Origin: Ginkgo biloba
Taxonomy: Eukaryota > Plantae > Ginkgophyta
Reading direction: 5' to 3'
DNA: 17,234 nt
Assembly: GCA_024626585.2 (NCBI GenBank)
Contig: JANKJI020000002.1
Span: forward strand, 191,521,893 to 191,539,126
Below the pieces are notes generated by a model that was given only the letters and a program-made list of their open reading frames with translations, was not told where the DNA came from and searched no databases. This document shows positions 9,831 through 17,234 of this stretch, in pieces. A program made the position numbers and the translations under genes. How positions within the stretch are numbered: the stretch's first letter is position 1; each line of letters opens with the position of its first letter.

Positions 9831-10950
9831 AAGATTGATTTTTTTTTATCATGGCTGGTTTTGTAGGAAGCACAAATTGGTTAGAGGCGCACATTGAGTA
9901 GTTTCTTAAGCACAAAGGATTAAAATCAATGACGACCAAATAGAAAGAAAGAAAGGGGAAAAAATTTCAAGTATTTATTACAAGAGTCATTTGTAAGAAT
10001 CTTTAGAATCGCATTCAGCTTTTATTGCACTGATTACTTTTGTCTGTTAATGTATTCTCTGAGTACAAGGAAAGGGATATAAGCTTAGTCTTATATGCCA
10101 CTTTGCATTGGTGAATGTTGAGTTAAAATTTCCATTTCAGTTTCTCTATCTTCCTTTGTTTCTGGATGAACAGAATGAAAAGAAAACTATTCAGACTNNN
10201 NNNNNNNNNNNNNNNNNNNNNNNNNNNNNNNNNNNNNNNNNNNNNNNNNNNNNNNNNNNNNNNNNNNNNNNNNNNNNNNNNNNNNNNNNNNNNNNNNNNN
10301 NNNNNNNNNNNNNNNNNNNNNNNNNNNNNNNNNNNNNNNNNNNNNNNNNNNNNNNNNNNNNNNNNNNNNNNNNNNNNNNNNNNNNNNNNNNNNNNNNNNN
10401 NNNNNNNNNNNNNNNNNNNNNNNNNNNNNNNNNNNNNNNNNNNNNNNNNNNNNNNNNNNNNNNNNNNNNNNNNNNNNNNNNNNNNNNNNNNNNNNNNNNN
10501 NNNNNNNNNNNNNNNNNNNNNNNNNNNNNNNNNNNNNNNNNNNNNNNNNNNNNNNNNNNNNNNNNNNNNNNNNNNNNNNNNNNNNNNNNNNNNNNNNNNN
10601 NNNNNNNNNNNNNNNNNNNNNNNNNNNNNNNNNNNNNNNNNNNNNNNNNNNNNNNNNNNNNNNNNNNNNNNNNNNNNNNNNNNNNNNNNNNNNNNNNNNN
10701 NNNNNNNNNNNNNNNNNNNNNNNNNNNNNNNNNNNNNNNNNNNNNNNNNNNNNNNNNNNNNNNNNNNNNNNNNNNNNNNNNNNNNNNNNNNNNNNNNNNN
10801 NNNNNNNNNNNNNNNNNNNNNNNNNNNNNNNNNNNNNNNNNNNNNNNNNNNNNNNNNNNNNNNNNNNNNNNNNNNNNNNNNNNNNNNNNNNNNNNNNNNN
10901 NNNNNNNNNNNNNNNNNNNNNNNNNNNNNNNTTAACTATGGACTTTGTAG

Positions 10951-11029
10951 GAGGAGACAGTTGGCTCAACTTGGTGCTGCATCGGGTGTGTACAAAACCC
11001 TTGTAAAGTATCTAGTTGGAGTACCAGAG
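10951..11029 (+). CDS. Internal 79-bp coding exon of a conserved plant GOLD-domain-containing protein (AT5G01010-like)
   Basis: ctttgtAG|GAGGAGACAG...GTACCAGAG|GTatta; one base plus 26 stop-free codons encoding RRQLAQLGAASGVYKTLVKYLVGVPE. From memory the Arabidopsis protein reads ..MERRRQLAQLGSATGVYKTLVKYLVGVPQVLLDFIRQIN.., and the similarity stops exactly at the splice sites. Confidence 0.9.
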
Positions 11030-11148
11030 GTATTATACACAACAAGGTCTTTTCTGTATAGCGTTTACCTTCTTTCTTTGATTTTGCTTACTGGTTTGGA
11101 TTGAGGCTTATTGAATAACTCTTTCTATGACTGTTTTCACATTAGCAG
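11030..11148 (+). other. Probable 119-bp GT-AG intron of the host gene
   Basis: Starts GTATTA after the exon, is U-rich, and ends ctgttttcacattagCAG immediately before a 40-N gap. Confidence 0.55.
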
Positions 11149-11193
11149 NNNNNNNNNNNNNNNNNNNNNNNNNNNNNNNNNNNNNNNNGTAGA

Positions 11194-12222
11194 TGTTGTG
11201 TAAAGATACAGGGATTCTCCTAACTAGGGTAAGTTGTCAGAATTTGTTGAAGCCAACAACCTATTCAAAGGGGTTTTCCAAGATCGAGCATTCTTTTCTC
11301 CCGTCTTCATCCTCTCTTTACTTCTGGAAGTTTTGTAGAATTATATTTTAGAGACCCTTTTCTCTAGTGGATCATTTGAGAAACAAGATGCAGTGAAATA
11401 GGTTTCTTCAAAATCATTGTTGCTTTTGCCTACCTGGTATCCAGCATATAGATGGAATCTGTATTACAGGCTCCTACTCTCACCTGTAGACTCCTGCATC
11501 AAATATGACTTGACAAGCATTAGTTAGCATTAGTATGAGCATAGGTGATTACACCTTGAGCAAGCAGGTTCTAATGATGTTCAATGGAACCTGCATCTTA
11601 TTTCAACTTGACAAGACAATATTAGTATAGCAAGATCAGTTCTTAAGTTGGACCAGGTTTCGGGGTTAGTGCAATGCATGGGGCTAACATTTCCTTCAAG
11701 ATTTACCCTAGGGCTTCACCGTAGCCCTCCTTTCGATGCAAAACACTTCATGTATTGCTACAAANNNNNNNNNNGAAGCACATCCCTAACTTAGGCTCTA
11801 GTGCATCCTTTTGGCACAAGCTAGCCTCACCTGTAGGGTCTTTTGTCATTCTCCTCAAGCTTGCCTCACCCTGCAGGGACTTTTCAGTTTCTATACACTG
11901 TAGGGTCTCAATTTGTAGGAGGTTCACTTTCTTTCCATTCCTTTCCTCTTTATTTGGTTACATTTAAGCTTTCATCTATCAAGAGTTGGCTTCCTCCCTC
12001 ACAAACATGCTTGTNNNNNNNNNNNNNNNNNNNNNNNNNNNNNNNNNNNNNNNNNNNNNNNNNNNNNNNNNNNNNNNNNNNNNNNNNNNNNNNNNNNNNN
12101 NNNNNNNNNNNNNNATAAACATAAGGTTACAATGAAATAATCATTAATTATTCCAACACTACATATAGACCTTATACTAGAACTGACATGAGTCACAAAT
12201 ATTTGAGTTAGCACCTACATCA
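11194..12222 (-). mobile_element. LTR-like non-coding repeat sequence (may be two pieces joined across a 100-N gap)
   Basis: Bounded by TGTTGTG.. and ..CCTACATCA (imperfect TG..CA inverted termini). Repeated cacctgtaggg-like motifs at ~11480 and 11825-11910. No TSD (gtaga vs tctgg). Confidence 0.35.
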
Positions 12223-13540
12223 TCTGGGTGCTTATGCCTACCTCTACCACTTCAACATGCTTGGTTCCCTTTTGTTGCCAGATCAACAAGTTGAAAAAAA
12301 CTACTCCTTCCTAAACTCTTTCTAGACATCTATATTCAAGTATAGTAAAAATGTTATTGATGTGATCCCATCCCCTATATTTGAAATTAAGTACCAAATT
12401 TTGTGTCATCCATAATTAACACAGGTTATACCATGTGTTAGGTAGGTATGAGTATTATGTTATGTAGTGTTATGGAGATGCACGTAATTATAAGGTGTCA
12501 CACGCTCAACATTGGGCACAATTGTGTGTTACAGCTTGTAGAAGAACCTAGGAGTTATCTAAGGGTTGTGTTGACACCTCTGACAAGAGTTGCTTTTCGT
12601 CTAAAAATATGTACAATAATTTTTACATAATGTATTATCATTTAAGGGTGCCTGGGGATATGAATACCCACTTAACATTCACTTGTGCATAGCTTTGGAT
12701 GTGGCCTTTGAAGGCTCCTTTAAAGAAATTCTTATAGGCACTTACAATGCTGTATTTACTCTCATATTTCTTTTTTACTACCATTAATGTACATGCAATA
12801 CGGTAAGCTTCCATCTTCCATTAATATATTGTGTTGCATATTCTCTAGTGTCAGATATATCATGTATAATCCATGATCTGGCATTATAATATTGATTATT
12901 ACTTTAGTATTGTCCAAAAAAACTAGGACCTAACTCTTGGACACACCTATTAAGCTTTTGTACTATCTCTCTCTTTCTTCATAATGTTCTATGGTGAGTA
13001 CTTTACATTGTGTCTTGGACCTTAAACATGATGGCTTCTTTGTATTCATTAAAATCAATAGATATTGCATCCCAATTATGGGCAACTCACATTTTGTTCC
13101 ATCCTCAATTTCATCTCTCCAACATAATCAATTTTAGGAGGGTTTTACTATGTTCTAGAACCTTTGGAGATACACATGCAATGAGGATAGTTAGACAAGC
13201 GATAAGGTTGTGAAGAAATAAGATCGCTTCGTGCTCGGTTGTCAAAATGTGGGTCCCAAGGTTGGAACCCACGGTGGCAACAAGTGTTGTAGTTTAGTTG
13301 AAGAACGTCAAAGTAGCAATATCAGTCATAAATTAAGGCATGCATCATGAAAACTCAGAATATGGGGTAGAAAACATCATTTATTACTTCAAGAATGTTT
13401 GTACATAGCATTAAATGCTAGGGCATAATCTCTCATGCTAAACCCTAACACCTAGGCTTGGTTGTCACAGTGAACCTCATTAATTACACTTGTCTCACAA
13501 TTGGAGGAGGGTTTCTCTCTCCTGTGTATAGATTTTCTCT

Positions 13541-13779
13541 CACATTAAGCTTAGCTCTTCTCCCTATGGGTCCCCAATTTTACTCGTGCCTAAGGATGGC
13601 ACATGGCGCTTGTGTGTCGATTATTAGGCCCTCAACAAAATCACAGTGGAGAACAGGTATCCCCTTCATGCATTAATGACTTGTTGGATTAGTTACAGAT
13701 GGGTAAATACTTCACAAAAATTGACCTAGCTTTAGGTTACCACCAGGTTCGGATAAAGGCCATAGATACTTGGAAAGCA
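13541..13779 (+). pseudogene. Ty3/gypsy reverse transcriptase fragment
   Basis: [41 protein letters not shown] / (1-nt frameshift) CINDLLD*LQMGKYFTKIDLALGYHQVRIKAIDTWKA, which are classic RT_LTR motifs. Truncated by a gap. Confidence 0.96.
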
Positions 13780-13879
13780 NNNNNNNNNNNNNNNNNNNNN
13801 NNNNNNNNNNNNNNNNNNNNNNNNNNNNNNNNNNNNNNNNNNNNNNNNNNNNNNNNNNNNNNNNNNNNNNNNNNNNNNN

Positions 13880-15557
13880 GGTGGACTACAAACATGTCTA
13901 TCATTTCAAGATTGATGCAAGGATTATGCTATTTAATGTGATTGCATTTTTGCCTTGGTAGACTATCATTTTAGGATTGATGCAAGTATTATGCTATTTA
14001 TCAATGTGTCGAAATGTCATAGGTTGCAATGGGGAGTTGAATGATGCCCCTTTCCTTGGTAGCATTTTTATTGATGTCATATAGAGTGTCATGCCTTCTA
14101 ATATCATGCAAGTCATCACTAACAATGGAAGGGTTTGTGATGGAGGTAAGGTGGGCCATATTTTTAGGACATCTCGTACTATTTGTAGTTTGAATATGAT
14201 ATTGAAGTTGTTTGGTAGGGTTGGATGGATCAAACAAATTAATAATGAGTTCAAGGAGATTAAGATATGCATCAACAATCAACGATGGCCTAAGCTATTT
14301 ATTGATAATTGGCATCTTTGGAATTGTTAGAGGTTAGTGCTAGATTGTACTTTGAAGTTTTAATAGTAAATATTCCAAGTTTGCAGGTTTTGCTTTTGTT
14401 GATTGAACTATTAGCAGGTTGTAGTTTGATTTTGTTATTTTATCTTCACTTGTTGAAGGTTGTTGACACTTGACTTGTAAGCCATTTCATTTGGTTGAGA
14501 AGGCTTTTGAAAGTGAAATATTTATTGTGTGAGATGGCGATTAGTGACGTTTGGATGCAGCCAAGTTTCGAGAGAGGGCTCAAGAGTTGAAAAGGATTAT
14601 TCTCAATGACATTTCTTGGGTAAGAGTCTGATGTTTGTTGAACTTTTGTGGGCTGATTCTATCTATGGTACGCTTCATGGATACCAACACACCTTGTTTG
14701 GGAGAGTTTTATGAGAGTTTGAACACTATACTTGAGAAGATTAGGTAGATCATCCACTTGGGAGAGAAGGATCGGAAAGAGACCTGTAGAACCAAATCAA
14801 TGATATTGTTATTAAAAGGAAGAACAAATTGACTACACCATTGTATACTTTGGTGTATGATTTGAGTTCCAGATTTTATCTCAAGGATGTTATTTTTATA
14901 TTAAGTAGGAAAGCTTGAAACACAAGCAAGGAGGTTTATGAGGGCTACAAGAAGCTTTCAAAAAGTTTTATCCAGAATCTAAGGTGGCTTTGAAGCTATA
15001 CAATGAGTCCACTAAGATTGCATTTCACAAAACTCTCTGGAGACATAGATGCAGTGAAAGACAAGAAAGTTGTGCCAGCCATTAATTGGTGGAATNNNNN
15101 NNNNNNNNNNNNNNNNNNNNNNNCCAACTCAAAGACATTTGCAAACACTTGTTGTTTGCATTCTTTCTCAAGTAGTATTCTTCATCAACAGGTTGGTATT
15201 GGAGGACATTTAGCTTCAATTCAATAAAGAAAAGTAGGCTGGGTGCAAAGAGCATTGAAGATCTTGTCTCTGTTCACCCCAATCTTCATCTTCTCTCTCG
15301 CAACGAGTAAGAATACTAGAAGGGGTCTCTAAACAAAAAGTGGGATGTGTATCACATATGTTGATTTGGATATTCCTTGATGATTTTTTCTCTTTTCCCC
15401 TTAGGTCTTCCTACTATATGTCCACCTGTTTCTGGTAGTACAATAGCTTCTTCTATCATGGCATCATGTTTCAATGTTCTTGACACGTGAGGATACTGGT
15501 GATGTGGAAACAAATGACTATGATAATGATGTTAATGTTTATGTTGATGATGAGTAA
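13880..15557 (+). pseudogene. hAT-superfamily transposase pseudogene (DUF659-type core plus C-terminal hAT dimerisation domain)
   Basis: Colinear motifs with many stops and frameshifts: (G)WT; FNVIA; GELNDAPFLGSIFIDVI*SVMPSNIMQVITNNGRVC; HIFRTSRTICSLNMILK; WIKQI; LELLE|VVDT*LVSHFIWLRRLLKVK; ILSMVRFMDTNTPCLGEFYESL; NKLTTPLYTL; AINWW; LSQV..SSSTGWYWRTFSF; KKSRLGAKSIEDLVSVHPNLHLLS; KKWDV; acidic tail ending DDE*. The catalytic D (TDNA) and E (AERNW) positions are mutated. Confidence 0.93.
14333..14458 (+). other. 126-bp phase-0 intron within the hAT transposase
   Basis: ttagag|GTTAGT...cttcacttgttgaAG|gttgttgacact. Removing it joins LELLE to VVDT*LVS, matching the LELLK-VAETRFAS motif. Confidence 0.8.
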
Positions 15558-15976
15558 CTTTTATGTTGTTGACTATTGGGCTTCCTTCTTTGCATTTTTG
15601 TATGTAATTTCTGCTCAGTATTTTAATTTCAATGTGTGTTGATCATCTATGTATCATGTTTTGACTGTTTTGTCATTTTTGTGACAGGATTGTTATAGTT
15701 TAAGTGTGCATAAGTTTATGGTTTTTTTGAAGGTATCCTAAATTTTGAAAATGTTGTATCTTGTACTTGTTCCTATTCCTGCATGTGTTGTCCTTGTCTG
15801 CTGGCATCTTACACACAAGAATACAAGGCTTGCCTCTCATATGACTAGAGGTTGTCGTACTTTTGGGTTGGTTTCCTCATCTTTTGGGTACTGCTGTGTT
15901 GCTTTCTTCTACTATCTTGTATTGTTGCTGAGCATGCTGGTACAATGGACAATATTCTATCTTAAATTGAAATGTG

Positions 15977-16578
15977 TGTTGTGTATTCCTCAACCTTTCC
16001 AACAGTCACTGAAACAACAGATCTATTGAGGTGGAATCCTAGCAAACCCCTGCAATTGGTGAATGCAACAAATCTGAAGCTGATTAAAGTCTCTCTTGTG
16101 GCTGGCTTCATTATATACTCACTGTGCATATTGGATATTACTAGAATTCTGCACTTTTTCAATAGATTTCTTGAATTCCAGTCCACCCACCATAATGCTT
16201 TTGCCTTCTGCTCCTACCACTTTAAACCTAGTGTATGTATGTTTATGTGTCCAAGCACTGTATATATGCTGTAGCTCAATTGCCTTCACCACTTTTCAGC
16301 TCCAACAGCTGCAATTCACCTTCTAAGTCACTACTGTTACTTGGCAATGAAAGAACAAGGCTTCCATTCACTTATATAGGCATTAATTGCCTATTGTAGG
16401 CCGTATACCACATTAACTCAGTTGTCTTTGGCCTCTCTGGCCCTTTACTGACCTTGGTTGCCTGAAAAGTCAAGCTTGGTGTCCTGCATTGACCTTCTAG
16501 CCAACTTGTGGTTCACGTTTGACTTCAGCTTGTTCTGGCAGGCCCCCCAATGATGAATTTGCTTATTCGGTCCCTACA
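15977..16578 (-). mobile_element. Candidate solo LTR
   Basis: The minus strand starts TGTAGGGACC at 16578, has CCTATATAAG (+ strand cttatatagg, 16371-16380) and could end ..ACACAACA at 15977. An alternative left edge at 15853 would give a 4-bp AGGT flank duplication. No clean 5-bp TSD. Confidence 0.4.
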
Positions 16579-16723
16579 AGGTTGAATAGTGGGATGGACA
16601 TAGGCACGCATTCACTTGTTTCGAAGGAACACAAGAAGCCCTACGCGTTGGGTATGTCATACAAGCTTTTAGGGCTCTCATAAATTTTTAAATTTCTCAT
16701 TAAGACTCATTTTCCCAAAATAG

Positions 16724-16849
16724 TATTTTTGTGAAAATTTTCATTTTTGGAAAAAATTTCTATTTTTGGGAAAAGTTTTATTTTTAGAATTTTTCTATTT
16801 TCTATTTTGGAAAAATTCTATTTTCAAAAACTTACTATTTTTGGTAAGG
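16724..16849. repeat. Degenerate ~17-19-bp tandem array, consensus near TATTTTTGGAAAAATTTC
   Basis: About 7 units, e.g. tatttttgtgaaaattttc, atttttggaaaaaatttc, tatttttgggaaaagttt, tattttggaaaaattc. Confidence 0.75.
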
Positions 16850-16870
16850 TGCTTTTTGTGGTAGGATTCA

Positions 16871-17200
16871 GGTTTGCATGCATGCATGTGCATTTTCTAT
16901 GGTTGCATGCATAGGTTGGATGCATGCAAGTGCTNNNNNNNNNNNNNNNNNNNNNNNNNNNNNNNNNNNNNNNNNNNNNNNGAGGAGCATGCATGCGTGT
17001 TTGTACGGTTGCATGCATGCACATGCAAGTTGGTTTTGTGGACATGAAGAGAGAGGAAGAGTTTGGACAAGTTCGGTTGCATGCATGCGGTTAAAGTCAA
17101 TCAACCGTGAGTGAAGGAGAGTACATGCAAAGTGGAACGCTCTTCTCAAGATGGCTGAGTTGCATGCATGCACAAAAACTATGACAACCATTAATGCATG
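16871..17200. repeat. Dispersed (G)GTTGCATGCATGC motif cluster
   Basis: At least 7 TGCATGCA/GCATGCATGC occurrences in ~330 bp, several preceded by ggt/cggt. Confidence 0.8.
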
Positions 17201-17234
17201 TTTAGTTAATGCTATTCTTAATGTAAGCCCTAAA

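Noticed and set aside
10108-10969. Long ORFs of 260-312 aa in the ORF track
   Set aside because: They are artefacts of the 734-N run; only 10951-11029 is supported as coding.
12223-13540. Possible further LTR (tgtcaca at ~12496 and ~13463)
   Set aside because: I found no PBS, PPT, TSD or second copy in the window, so it is left unannotated.
13541-15557. Apparent RT-transposase fusion or novel hybrid element
   Set aside because: The two parts are separated by a 100-N placeholder gap, and each is an ordinary decayed member of a separate TE class.
15730-15815. hAT 3' terminal inverted repeat
   Set aside because: Degenerate gtatct/gtactt/gttcct repeats are suggestive, but the 5' end is lost in a gap, so no TIR pair or 8-bp TSD can be shown.
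15745-16326. Overlapping 74-100 aa hydrophobic ORFs
   Set aside because: They have no recognisable motifs, mostly non-ATG starts, and lie in T-rich LTR-like or hAT-terminal sequence, so they are likely chance ORFs.
16724-16849. CRISPR-like array
   Set aside because: The context is eukaryotic, the units are low-complexity and degenerate, there are no unique spacers and there are no cas genes.
16871-17200. Functional RY (CATGCATG) seed-specific enhancer cluster
   Set aside because: No adjacent promoter is evident, and methyl-CpG decay of a TE repeat explains the motif more simply.

Overview
AT-rich, CpG-depleted eukaryotic (plant) genomic DNA from a gappy draft assembly, with 17 N-runs, five of them exactly 100 N. 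The only intact host coding sequence I can see is a 79-bp internal exon on the + strand (10951-11029). It encodes (R)RRQLAQLGAASGVYKTLVKYLVGVPE, which from memory matches the conserved plant GOLD-domain protein family of Arabidopsis AT5G01010. The rest is probably intron filled with old, decayed transposable elements. These are: two diverged copies of one long LTR family (the second followed by a tRNA-iMet PBS and a gag start); a small LTR-PBS-LTR-like element; a minus-strand Ty3/gypsy pol remnant (linker, aspartic protease, two gag-capsid-like modules, and a separate RT N-terminal piece); a plus-strand gypsy RT fragment; and a near-complete DUF659/hAT transposase pseudogene that still shows its intron. 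The layout suggests a large-genome plant such as a gymnosperm (inference). I found no convincing new biological system. The most unusual items are the capsid-like tandem modules downstream of the protease and a probable exon hidden in a 40-N gap. All family assignments are from motif recognition, not database searches.
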